64,000 bases of DNA, taken from a candidate division FCPU426 bacterium (lineage in GTDB: Bacteria; Oederibacteriota; PGYV01; Palsa-1178). Location: assembly GCA_963840035.1 (NCBI GenBank), contig CAWIXE010000002.1, forward strand, positions 800,001-864,000, read 5' to 3'. Below the pieces are notes generated by a model, which saw only the letters and a list, made by a program, of their open reading frames with translations, did not search any database and had not been told where the DNA came from. The position numbers and the translations under genes were made by a program. Of the stretch, positions 39,675 to 49,175 are shown one piece after another. The first letter of the stretch is position 1. Each line of letters starts with the position of its first letter.

Positions 39675-40871
39675 TTATTTATTTACTTTGGATAATTTTA
39701 TAATTCTTAATTTTGCCATACAGTCTTCACTTAAAGGCTTCCAGCATACGCTTTGCACCAAAAAAATTGTTCCATTATCATCAATAGTACCGTTTTCATT
39801 ATATTCTTCTGGAAAAATACCACATGGTCCTACCCAGTCCTTGCCCTTTCGAAACAACTCTGTTTTAATTTTTGAAATTAATCTGCCATCATTATTGACG
39901 ACAAAAATACCGCTTAAATCTTTGTCATTGCCAGTATATATATATACGTATATATTCCCGTTTTTGTCATACAGAGCACTATTATTGAGTGTTTGACACT
40001 GCACAAATTCAAAAATATCTTTTATTGATTCTATGTTAACTCGATAATTATTCTTGTTTTTTCCATAGGCGTTTATCGACGCCGTGTGTTTTGCCAGACC
40101 ATTATTTTCTTCTTTTTGAAAAGCTGTTTTACTAATTGTCCTTGAATATCCTAAATCCACAAATCCTTTTTTCATTTGTTTCGCTAGTTCGTCATTTTCA
40201 ATCTTTAAATCAACAACCCTGCTGACTAAACCAGCATCGTTTAGCACTTCTACAGTCCTATTAACAGAGTCATACAAATATATCGACCCGTTCTCAGCGA
40301 CATGTAACGAGCCTTTATTTATCATGGGTTTCATATTATCTGTTACTTTGTTCTTTTTTAGTTTATAAGGATTGCTTATAAATATTTGTTTCAAAAAATT
40401 TCCATTTAAATCAAACTTCTGGATTCTCGCATTGCCCTGATCAAGTATGTATATAAACTTGTTCGTAATTTCTACAGCAACTGCGCTATATATCAAAAAA
40501 GTACCCGGTGGGGTTCTGTTATTGCTTGTGTACTCATAAATATCATCATTATTTTTATCGTCCGACCCCATTATTGTCTTACCTTTATAATGTATTCTGT
40601 AACCAGCATCTTTTCCAACAAAAGGCGCGTCCATTATCACCTTGTAATCATACTGCACAGGCAGTTTTGTGTCGTCTATCTCCGATAAATTGAGATTTAC
40701 TGTTATTATCTCGCCATCCGAAGCTGTTCCTGTCAAACTATCGCCAGATGATACCAGTGTTGAGGTTACTGAAACGGCAGTAATCTCAGACCCCACAGCT
40801 GCCATCCTCCCCTGCGCCATAACAACCGCGCAAAGAAGCGAAATTATACAAATAAAAATGATTTTTTTCAT
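39675..40871 (-). CDS. Secreted NHL/beta-propeller-like protein
   Basis: Signal peptide; FIYILDQGNARIQKFDLNGNFLK, GSIYLYDSVNRTVEV, DKNGNIYVY. Confidence 0.75.
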   Translation of the reverse strand: MKKIIFICIISLLCAVVMAQGRMAAVGSEITAVSVTSTLVSSGDSLTGTASDGEIITVNLNLSEIDDTKLPVQYDYKVIMDAPFVGKDAGYRIHYKGKTIMGSDDKNNDDIYEYTSNNRTPPGTFLIYSAVAVEITNKFIYILDQGNARIQKFDLNGNFLKQIFISNPYKLKKNKVTDNMKPMINKGSLHVAENGSIYLYDSVNRTVEVLNDAGLVSRVVDLKIENDELAKQMKKGFVDLGYSRTISKTAFQKEENNGLAKHTASINAYGKNKNNYRVNIESIKDIFEFVQCQTLNNSALYDKNGNIYVYIYTGNDKDLSGIFVVNNDGRLISKIKTELFRKGKDWVGPCGIFPEEYNENGTIDDNGTIFLVQSVCWKPLSEDCMAKLRIIKLSKVNK

Positions 40872-40888
40872 GTTTCCTCCAGTTTTAT

Positions 40889-42040
40889 TTACGGTATATA
40901 TTTTAAAATTTTGCCTTTATTGCTCTGTCTGTACGCAACATATGGCGTTCCGCTATAAACTGCAAGCGAAACAAATTCAGAATAATTTGTAATACTACTG
41001 TCTGCAAGTTTCGTCCATATAGATTGCGCGTTGTCATATCTGTATAGTATTATTTGATAACTTTTTGCATTTGTCATTCCAAAAGCCACGTAAGGTATAT
41101 CATTGTATACATCAATACTAGCTTCGCTAACGTCAGATGATACGTCATTCCCAATTGTGTTCCAAGAACTATTTCCGGTATTATATTTAAATAAATTAGG
41201 CACTCCGACATCATCCGTTGCAAAAAATAATGTTCCATTATTTGACGACTTTATGGTTTGAAACAGAAACGATTCTGAAAAACCATTTGTTCCAATTGGA
41301 TTCCAAGCATTCCCGAGGTTATCAAAAGAAACCACCGAACATAAACCATCTGAATTGTTAGAATAAGAAACATAAGGTATATTGTTATATATATCAATCG
41401 CCGTATTAAAAACAGCCCCAGAAGTAATTCCCGGGCTATATAGCGCAGTAAAACTATTTCCTGAAGAATCAAATCTCATGACTGTTAGTTTATTTGAATT
41501 TGCGGCATCCTTGTAGGCGATAAATGGCGTGACACCATCTACAGCAAAGGAATTCTGTTCTGCAACCCCCGCCGAAAATCCGTACTTCCCCATTACAGTC
41601 CAAGTATTCCCAACACTGTCATACTTCATAACCGTCGCTTTTGAAGAGTTTGCAACGTCACTGAAAGCCACGTACGGTACTCCGGATGTGTCTAAATCCA
41701 TGCACACATAATCTGCCTCACCGGGTGATACCGCCTCGGCTCCCACCTGTGTCCACGCGCTTGCGCCGCTCACGAGCTTTTTTACCACGGCTTTCTTTGA
41801 CTGCCCTTCATCTTTATATGCCACATACAGCGTCCCGGCAGAGTCTGCTTTTAAGGTCACATACTTAACATCCGTATCACAGAACACCCCTCCGGCCACA
41901 GTCTCCCAGTGTACCGGCGTAGGTGAAGGATCCGCCGGAGGCGCTGCCGGGTTATTGTTCTTTTTCCCGCATCCAGGCATAAGAGCAACCGCGATAAATA
42001 CAACCAGTAAAACTATTATAACCTTGTTATTTTTTTTCAT
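40889..42040 (-). CDS. Lipoprotein with beta-propeller-like repeats
   Basis: Lipobox MPGC, Pro-rich linker, about 7 repeats of GxPYVAY/F..D..NS.KxTVMKY....W..VG. Confidence 0.8.
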   Translation of the reverse strand: MKKNNKVIIVLLVVFIAVALMPGCGKKNNNPAAPPADPSPTPVHWETVAGGVFCDTDVKYVTLKADSAGTLYVAYKDEGQSKKAVVKKLVSGASAWTQVGAEAVSPGEADYVCMDLDTSGVPYVAFSDVANSSKATVMKYDSVGNTWTVMGKYGFSAGVAEQNSFAVDGVTPFIAYKDAANSNKLTVMRFDSSGNSFTALYSPGITSGAVFNTAIDIYNNIPYVSYSNNSDGLCSVVSFDNLGNAWNPIGTNGFSESFLFQTIKSSNNGTLFFATDDVGVPNLFKYNTGNSSWNTIGNDVSSDVSEASIDVYNDIPYVAFGMTNAKSYQIILYRYDNAQSIWTKLADSSITNYSEFVSLAVYSGTPYVAYRQSNKGKILKYIP

Positions 42041-42050
42041 TTTCCCCTCT

Positions 42051-43169
42051 TTATTTTGTTTTCTTAACCTGCATCCATTTAAACTCCACAGGCGTATTTA
42101 TTTCGTGGTTATTTATTTTTGTTATTATGCGGCTTTTTTCATTTCCCATACCGGACTCAACTTCCGTCTCTTCCGGCAGTTCGATTTCCTTTTCGCCCTG
42201 TATTGTTTTGAGATATTCCTGATCCCCTTGGGCTGTGAGCTTTGGGCTCTGTTTTCTTATTTTAGACCGCTTTTTCCCCTTCACCCTCATATGCCCTATC
42301 TTCTCCCCTGCAAGGTTATACATCTCCTGCTCTTCCACCATACCTGTCTTCATGTTTATCTTTTCCACACGTTTTGCTATCATGCCGCGGATGGCTTTGT
42401 CTTTGCTTTTATTAAACCATGCCACAGACTGCTCTTTAAGGGTTTCTCCGGCTTTATTTTTAGCCTTTGAGCTTCTTACTTTTTCTATGGCCTTATCCCA
42501 TTCATCATTCATCTTGCCTGTTTTTTTGTCCGTGTACTCCACTTCCGCAAAGTCATCTTTATCTTTCAGAAACCCCAGTAACCCACTGCCGCCTTTTTTC
42601 CTGCCCTTTACTTTAACGTCGAGTTCATCGGTTTCTATGTGGTTAGTATCAAAGCGTGAGGCATACCCCGCGTCAGTAAAACTCTTCTTACCGAAAGATG
42701 TCCCTGCAAGCGCCGCATACACGCTTCCGCCTTTTCCGTATCCATTGAGCCCGCCGATACCCGCTATCTTCTGCACCTCAGCCTGTACATCCGCATCCGC
42801 GGTGACCCGCACATGCGAGCCGTCTGCCATGAGATAAGTAACGGACATATCGGAAGTATCCACCAGAAACTGCATGGTAAAAATTCCATTTGTTGTGACC
42901 ATCACCTTATTATTCCCGGCGTTGTCAGATTGCATGACGTAGTCATAAGATAAAGCCTGGCTCTTGCCGCCATATTCCGTCAAAGACTCCACACCCGCTG
43001 ACAAACTCCGCACATCACCGCTGTTTTGTGACTGCGCATCTATGACATCCGCCACAGTGTATTCGCCTTCGGCGTATGTGTTGGAGGATAACACGAATGT
43101 AAATACAAAAACAAATAATGCAACAGATAATGAAATATTTAAACGCTTTGATAAGTGTTTGACAGTCAT
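42051..43169 (-). CDS. Secreted protein, possible LolA-like/lipoprotein-sorting fold
   Basis: Signal peptide (TYA-E); the C-terminal KINMKTGMVEEQEMYNLAGEKIG...LPEETEVE...INNHEIN pattern resembles LolA-like proteins. Confidence 0.55.
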   Translation of the reverse strand: MTVKHLSKRLNISLSVALFVFVFTFVLSSNTYAEGEYTVADVIDAQSQNSGDVRSLSAGVESLTEYGGKSQALSYDYVMQSDNAGNNKVMVTTNGIFTMQFLVDTSDMSVTYLMADGSHVRVTADADVQAEVQKIAGIGGLNGYGKGGSVYAALAGTSFGKKSFTDAGYASRFDTNHIETDELDVKVKGRKKGGSGLLGFLKDKDDFAEVEYTDKKTGKMNDEWDKAIEKVRSSKAKNKAGETLKEQSVAWFNKSKDKAIRGMIAKRVEKINMKTGMVEEQEMYNLAGEKIGHMRVKGKKRSKIRKQSPKLTAQGDQEYLKTIQGEKEIELPEETEVESGMGNEKSRIITKINNHEINTPVEFKWMQVKKTK

Positions 43170-43352
43170 TTTTACCCCACCCTTTTGTGTGTCTTATTGG
43201 TTTTACCGCAGATAATTATATGATTTCAAGCAAGTTGCGTCAAGCAGTAATAATGATTTATATTGAGGAATAATTGTAAGGCACATTGGATTTTGACATG
43301 CTAAATTATAATATAAATGAATATTCTGAGATTTGCGATTTAAATTATTCGG

Positions 43353-45005
43353 TTAAAATCCGAGGAAATCATAAGTAATTATTCCTCCCGATATGTTAAA
43401 GACGTTCTTAAACCCGTTCTGCATGAGTATCCTCGCCGCGATATATCCGCGTATGCCAACCCTGCAGAATATGCCTATATTGGCCTCTTTGGGTATCTTA
43501 TCGAGGTTTTCCCTTAGCGAGTCCACGTGGATGTTTACCGCGCCTTCTACCGAGCCTTTTGAGAATTCCATAGGCGAGCGCACGTCAAGCAGGAAGCAGT
43601 TCCCTTTTTTGCATGCCAGGAATTCTTCCCATGATACATTTTTGACTGTCCCGTGCATGGCGTTGTCAGCCACAAAGCCGGCCATGTTAACCGGATCTTT
43701 GGCCGACGAGTACGGCGGCGCGTAGGCGTGCTCGAATTCTTCCAGGTCAGCCATGGTGCCATCCTTTGAAATATAGGCGGATATGACGTCAATGAGTTTT
43801 TCCACCGACTCATAACCCGCGCACTGGGCGCCTAATATCCTTCCTGTGTCGGGCGCGTAAAGCACTTTAAGCGTCAGCATGGTTGAGCCTGGATAGTAGC
43901 CGGCGTGGCTGCCGGGGTGTATCAGGGACACGGCGTATGCCATGGAGGCATTCTTCAGCTGTTTTTCATTGGCGCCGGTGCAGGCCGCTGTAATGTCGAA
44001 TATCTTTGCCACGGCAGTGCCTATGGTGCCTTTGTATTTATGCTGATTGCCGTTTAACATGTTAAAGGCGGCAATCCTTCCCTGTTTGTTGGCGGGCCCT
44101 GCCAGAGGTACGACATTGTATTTTTTTAGAATGGGATTATAAGTTTCGACAGCGTCGCCGACCGCGTATATGTCAGGGTCGGATGTCTGCATGAATTCAT
44201 TTACGGAAATGGACTTTTTTGATCCGAGTTTAAGGCCGCAATTCTCGGCAAGTGAACTCTCAGGCACAACCCCTATGGAGAGTATCGCCATGTCAGCTTC
44301 AATTGACTCATCTGAATCCAGGTTGACTTTCAGCGAGTGTTTCGCTTTTTCAAAAGATACTACTTTTGAGCCCACCTTAAGATCCACACCTTTTGTAAAA
44401 AGAACCTCTTTGATAATGCCGGCCATGTCCGGGTCAAAAAGGTTCAGTACCTGTTTTGTGGATTCTATCAGGGTTACTTTCATCCCGTGTTTATGCAGGT
44501 TCTCGGCCATTTCCAGGCCTATGAAACCGGCGCCGATGACGACCGCGCTGATGGGCTTTGATTTACTTATGAAACTCATAATCCTGTCAGTGTCCTCAAT
44601 GCTGCGAAGGGTGAAAATGCCGGGGGTGTTTATGCCCGGAAGTTCCGGAACCATGGGGTGCGCGCCCGGCGAAAGCAGGAGTTTGTCGTATTTTTCATCG
44701 TATTGCTTACCGGATTTCACGTCCATGACTTTAACGGTTTTTGTTTCCCTGTTTATGGATAAGACTTCATGCCCTGTCCTTACATCGACATTAAATCTGT
44801 TTTTAAATGATTCAGGTGTCTGGAGGAAAAGCGATTCGCGGGCCTTGATCTCGCCGCCTATGAAGTATGGCAGGCCGCAGTTGGCGAAAGATACGCAGCA
44901 GCCGCGTTCAAATACTATTATCTCTTCCTTTTCAGAAAGCCGCCTTAACCTGGCAGCCGTAGACATGCCGCCGGCAACTCCTCCAACAATAAGAAACCTC
45001 GCCAT
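43353..45005 (-). CDS. CoA-disulfide reductase with rhodanese domain (CoADR-RHD)
   Basis: GGVAGGMS, SFANCGLPY, GAGFIGLE, AYAPPYS, C-terminal DVRS...FCRVGIRG. Confidence 0.93.
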   Translation of the reverse strand: MARFLIVGGVAGGMSTAARLRRLSEKEEIIVFERGCCVSFANCGLPYFIGGEIKARESLFLQTPESFKNRFNVDVRTGHEVLSINRETKTVKVMDVKSGKQYDEKYDKLLLSPGAHPMVPELPGINTPGIFTLRSIEDTDRIMSFISKSKPISAVVIGAGFIGLEMAENLHKHGMKVTLIESTKQVLNLFDPDMAGIIKEVLFTKGVDLKVGSKVVSFEKAKHSLKVNLDSDESIEADMAILSIGVVPESSLAENCGLKLGSKKSISVNEFMQTSDPDIYAVGDAVETYNPILKKYNVVPLAGPANKQGRIAAFNMLNGNQHKYKGTIGTAVAKIFDITAACTGANEKQLKNASMAYAVSLIHPGSHAGYYPGSTMLTLKVLYAPDTGRILGAQCAGYESVEKLIDVISAYISKDGTMADLEEFEHAYAPPYSSAKDPVNMAGFVADNAMHGTVKNVSWEEFLACKKGNCFLLDVRSPMEFSKGSVEGAVNIHVDSLRENLDKIPKEANIGIFCRVGIRGYIAARILMQNGFKNVFNISGGIITYDFLGF

Positions 45006-45016
45006 TAGTGCCCCCT

Positions 45017-45131
45017 GAATTTTAAATTTTAGATTTTATATTTTAGATTTAATGTGCGCTTATGCGCGTATTATTATAATAAAGTGCGAAGCACATTAAA
45101 TCTAAAATATAAAATTGAAAATATAAAATTA
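45017..45131. repeat. Inverted heptamer array (TTTTAGA/TTTTATA) with a mini-hairpin core
   Basis: Arms ttttaaattttagattttatattttagattt / aaatctaaaatataaaattgaaaatataaaa around GCGCTTATGCGC...ATAATAAAGTGCGAAGCAC. Confidence 0.8.
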
Positions 45132-45135
45132 AGTC

Positions 45136-45399
45136 CTACCCGTTCCCCTTATATAAAAACTTCTGTATTATCACTATCATATTGCAGGTTATGGCAAAAC
45201 TATTTGCCAGGATCATCGGCATTTCCTTTAACATTATGCCATAAATGAGCCATAAAATCATCCCTAATACCAGCAGTACCGGCTGCCAGAGCGCCACGTC
45301 ATCCACTTTTTTTGTTACAAACCCCTTTATCATCTGAGGCATAAAGCCTATGGATGATAACAGTCCTGCCGCGTATCCGATAATTGTTACGTCTTTCAT
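45136..45399 (-). CDS. SemiSWEET / PQ-loop transporter
   Basis: 87 aa, 3 TM helices, GFMPQMIK, LWLIYG, MILAN. Confidence 0.9.
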   Translation of the reverse strand: MKDVTIIGYAAGLLSSIGFMPQMIKGFVTKKVDDVALWQPVLLVLGMILWLIYGIMLKEMPMILANSFAITCNMIVIIQKFLYKGNG

Positions 45400-45415
45400 G
45401 AAGTCTCCTTTTTTA

Positions 45416-45495
45416 GTGAGTGGCGAGCGGCGGGTGGTGATTAGCAGTCAAAATTGTTTCTGTCTGCTACCCACTACTCACCACTCACAACCCAC
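45416..45495. repeat. Inverted heptamer array (GTGAGTG-like)
   Basis: gtgagtggcgagcggcgggtggtgattagcag ... ctgctacccactactcaccactcacaacccac. Confidence 0.7.
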
Positions 45496-45498
45496 AGG

Positions 45499-48126
45499 TT
45501 ATGTGTATTTGTCCTTAAGCTCTTTAAGCCGCAGAAGCGCGTCTACCGGGGCCATTTTGTCCGGTTCTATTTCCTTAAGTTCTGATATTATCCTGCTGTC
45601 GGCTGCCGAGAAAAGATCCAGCTGCGCGGTATCGTTCCTGTTATCGCTGCCTATTTTGGCCTTGCCGTCTTTTGTATAATTGGCATTTTCGAGGTCCTTT
45701 AGGATTTTGTTGGCCCGTTTGATTATGGTGTCAGGCAGGCCCGCGAGCCTGGCTACGTGTATGCCGTAGCTTTTATCAGTGGAGCCCGCCACTATTTTGC
45801 GCAGGAATATTATCTTGTCCCCGTATTCTTTTACCTGAATGTTGTAATTTTTCACGCCGGGGAGGTTCTCTGCTATTTCCGTCAGCTCATAATAGTGCGT
45901 GGCAAATAATGTTTTAGCTTTTACATGGTCGTGAATGTATTCGGTTATGGCCCACGCAATGGATACCCCGTCAAATGTCGATGTGCCGCGGCCTACCTCG
46001 TCCAAAAGTATCATGGACTTTTTCGTGGCGTTATTTAGTATGTTGGCTGTTTCTATCATTTCCACCATGAAAGTCGACTGTCCCCTGGCAAGGTAGTCAG
46101 AGGCGCCCACCCTGGTAAATATCTTGTCTACGACCCCTATAGAGGCCTTTTTAGCGGGTATGAATGAGCCTGCCTGAGCCATTATCTGCAGGACGGCGGC
46201 CTGCCTCATGTATGTGGATTTACCCGCCATGTTGGGGCCGGTTATTACCATCACCATGTTTTCCTTGTTATCAAGCCTGATATCGTTTGGTATAAATTCG
46301 TTATAGCCGAGGTTCTTTTCTATGACCGGGTGCCTGCCGTCTTCAATATCTATCGCATCGCTGTCGTTCATTTCAGGCCTTATGTAATTCCCGTTTGCCG
46401 CTGCGGTGGCCAGCGATATCAGGCAGTCTATGCCCGCGACAGCCGCGGAAGCAGCCTGTATGTCGGGTATGTATGATGAAAGCTTCTCGCGTATTTCCGT
46501 GAATATTTTATACTCAAGCGCGGTTATTTTTTCCTGCGCTCCGAGAACCATGGATTCGTATTCCTTCAGTTCCGGCGTTATGAAGCGCTCGGCGTTAACC
46601 AGCGTCTGTTTGCGGATGTAGTCAGCGGGGACGCTCTTTAAGTTCGCTTTGCTTATCTCTATGTAATAACCAAAGACCGATGTGTATCCAACCTTAAGCG
46701 AGCCTATCCCTGATTTTTTACGCTCATTTTCCTGCAATGCGGCGATCCATTGCTTGCCTCCGGAACTTACCTCCTTGAGTTTCTTAAGTTCCACGTCAAA
46801 ATCCGGCTTGATTACGCCTCCGTCCTTAACCGATATGGGGGGCTCATCAACGATAGCGGAATCAATGAGCGTAAAGGCGTCTTTCAGTTTTGGCGCGTTA
46901 AATGATATGACGGATTTTACTTTTTTGTCAGGGATGTCTTTTATCATAGCCTCAAGTTTTTCAACGGCAAGGATGGAACGCTTAAGCGAATTTAAGTCCC
47001 GTCCGTTGACGCCCTGGCTGCCGAGCTTTCCGCTTATCCTTTCCATATCGGAAATTCCGCGCATTATTTCCCTGAAGTTCTCGCGGGTATCAGGCGAGTC
47101 CGAAAAGAAACCGACAGCGTCGAGCCTTTTGTTGATCGCGGTAATGTCAGTTAACGGGTTCTTCAGCCATTTTTTCAGTTCCCTGCTGCCCATGGCGGTT
47201 TCAGTGTGGTCCAGCACGGAGAACAAAGTGGTATCCGCGCCTTTTACTGCTGAGTCGGTTATCTCCAGGTTCTTTAAGCTCACGGCGTCAACGTATAATA
47301 TGTCGCCGCGCGAACGCAGTGAAAGTTTGTTTATGTGGTAAAGGGCGGTCTTCTGCGTATCGTACAGGTATGAAAGCAGGCTTCCTGCCGAGGAAATAAC
47401 CGCGCTTTTGCCCTCTATTCCGAAACCTTCAAGGTTTAAGACATGGAAATGATCCTTCAATTTTTCGTATGCCACGTCTTTCTGGAAGTTCCAGTCAGGG
47501 CACGGATTGATGTAGATGCGCACGCCGCCGGACTTAAGCCTTTCAACAAGGTTCTTTGAAAGCGTTTTGTCCCCGGCATATGATTCGGGGATTAGCAGCT
47601 CCACGGGCGCGATCTTTTCAACTTCGTCAATTATGCGGTCAAAATCACGGCCAAAGGCTGTTTCCTGGCAGAAAAATTCGCCGGTTGTAATGTCTATAAA
47701 AGCTATAGCCGCGGTTTCTTTTTCAACGCACAGCGACATGATGTAGTTATTTGTTTTTTTATCAAGGGCGGTTTCCTCAAGGACGGTTCCCGGCGTGACT
47801 ATTTTTATGATTTCCCTCTTGACTATTCCCTGAGCGTCCTTCGGGTCCTCCACCTGTTCGCATACCGCGACTTTATATCCGGCGGAAATAAGCTTATATA
47901 TGTAGGCGTTGGCCGCATGGAAAGGTATGCCGCACATCGGCATTTTCACTGTCCTGCCGTCGCCGGAGGAACGCGAAGTGAGCGCTATCTGAAGTATTCC
48001 CGAGGCTTTTTTGGCGTCATCCCCGAACATCTCATAAAAGTCGCCGAGCCTGAAAAACAATATGGCGTCGCCGGCCTTCTTTTTCACCTCTAAGTACTGC
48101 TTCATCATGGGGGTTAACTCGGTCAT
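45499..48126 (-). CDS. mutS: DNA mismatch repair protein MutS
   Basis: TPMMKQY, FRLGDFYEMF, TGPNMAGKST, DEVGRGTST, SYGIHVA, QLDLF clamp motif. Confidence 0.99.
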   Translation of the reverse strand: MTELTPMMKQYLEVKKKAGDAILFFRLGDFYEMFGDDAKKASGILQIALTSRSSGDGRTVKMPMCGIPFHAANAYIYKLISAGYKVAVCEQVEDPKDAQGIVKREIIKIVTPGTVLEETALDKKTNNYIMSLCVEKETAAIAFIDITTGEFFCQETAFGRDFDRIIDEVEKIAPVELLIPESYAGDKTLSKNLVERLKSGGVRIYINPCPDWNFQKDVAYEKLKDHFHVLNLEGFGIEGKSAVISSAGSLLSYLYDTQKTALYHINKLSLRSRGDILYVDAVSLKNLEITDSAVKGADTTLFSVLDHTETAMGSRELKKWLKNPLTDITAINKRLDAVGFFSDSPDTRENFREIMRGISDMERISGKLGSQGVNGRDLNSLKRSILAVEKLEAMIKDIPDKKVKSVISFNAPKLKDAFTLIDSAIVDEPPISVKDGGVIKPDFDVELKKLKEVSSGGKQWIAALQENERKKSGIGSLKVGYTSVFGYYIEISKANLKSVPADYIRKQTLVNAERFITPELKEYESMVLGAQEKITALEYKIFTEIREKLSSYIPDIQAASAAVAGIDCLISLATAAANGNYIRPEMNDSDAIDIEDGRHPVIEKNLGYNEFIPNDIRLDNKENMVMVITGPNMAGKSTYMRQAAVLQIMAQAGSFIPAKKASIGVVDKIFTRVGASDYLARGQSTFMVEMIETANILNNATKKSMILLDEVGRGTSTFDGVSIAWAITEYIHDHVKAKTLFATHYYELTEIAENLPGVKNYNIQVKEYGDKIIFLRKIVAGSTDKSYGIHVARLAGLPDTIIKRANKILKDLENANYTKDGKAKIGSDNRNDTAQLDLFSAADSRIISELKEIEPDKMAPVDALLRLKELKDKYT

Positions 48127-48145
48127 TAATACCTCTATGTATTTT

Positions 48146-48233
48146 TTAACCCTTATCCTTAACCTTATCCTTAGCTTTTGGATCCTTGATAAAGGGCTAA
48201 GGGCTGAGGATAAGGTTAAGGATAAGGGTTAAG
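48146..48233. repeat. Inverted array of 6-nt repeats (CCTTAA/CCTTAT)
   Basis: aacccttatccttaaccttatccttagc ... gctaagggctgaggataaggttaaggataagggttaagg. Confidence 0.75.
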
Positions 48234-48254
48234 GAAAGGAATCGTCAATAATAG

Positions 48255-49175
48255 TTACAGCTCGTCATCCTTGTTATTTATGCGTTCATTTTTTAATTTT
48301 TTTTCCATAAGCTTTAAGCCCTTTTCCACCTTCTCGCGCCAGACTGTGGCGGGGTACATTTCAAGCATGGACACGTATACTTCTTTTGCTATGCCGTACT
48401 CGCCGAGCTTGTAGTGCGCTTTACCCAGGCCGTAGAGGGCTTCTTCCTGGAAATGACGGTTTGATTTTACTATGTCGGAAAAGAGGGCTTTTGACACTCC
48501 AAAGTCCCCTTTGTCCATGAATGCCTGCGCGCGGTGCAGTTCTGATAAAGTGTATAAGAACATGTTATCATCCGACTTTGGCACGCGCTGGTAGCTTTCT
48601 ATGGCGTTGTTATAATCGTGCTTACCCATGTAAATGTGGCCGGAGTATATGGCTGCCCAGCTGTAAAACCAGTTGTCGCCCGGGTAATATTTAAGTATTT
48701 TTAAATAGTTTGCAAGCGCTTCGTTATTTTTGCCCGCTGTTTTATAAAGCGAGGCAATGTCAAAAAGCGCCATGACAGCGTACTCGCCTTTGGGAAATGC
48801 GGAAAGGTATGATTCGTATGCTTTAATGGCGGCGCTCTCTAAGCGCTGCGACGACCTTATCCTGCCTATGGCAAAATAGGCCTCTTCTGAAAGCGACGTG
48901 CCGGGAAATTTTGTGATGATGTCCTTATATTCGTAAATGGCGTCCTCCGGCTTGCCCATCTTTTCGTATACCTTGGCTGACATCAAATATGACATCCTGT
49001 ACCAGTCCGAGTCCGGGTAAAGCTGCCTTACTTTGATGTAAAGTTTTATGGCCTCGGGGTATTTTTTTGCCTGTATCATGAGCAGTGCCTGGGACATGGG
49101 ATCGGCGCAGAAAACAAATGACGGGATAATCAGTGAGAAAATGATCAGAAAAGAAAAGAGCCTCTTACTGTCCAT
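48255..49175 (-). CDS. Exported TPR protein (BamD/CpoB-like repeats)
   Basis: Signal peptide; repeated A..Y..I...YP.S/G motifs. Confidence 0.82.
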   Translation of the reverse strand: MDSKRLFSFLIIFSLIIPSFVFCADPMSQALLMIQAKKYPEAIKLYIKVRQLYPDSDWYRMSYLMSAKVYEKMGKPEDAIYEYKDIITKFPGTSLSEEAYFAIGRIRSSQRLESAAIKAYESYLSAFPKGEYAVMALFDIASLYKTAGKNNEALANYLKILKYYPGDNWFYSWAAIYSGHIYMGKHDYNNAIESYQRVPKSDDNMFLYTLSELHRAQAFMDKGDFGVSKALFSDIVKSNRHFQEEALYGLGKAHYKLGEYGIAKEVYVSMLEMYPATVWREKVEKGLKLMEKKLKNERINNKDDEL

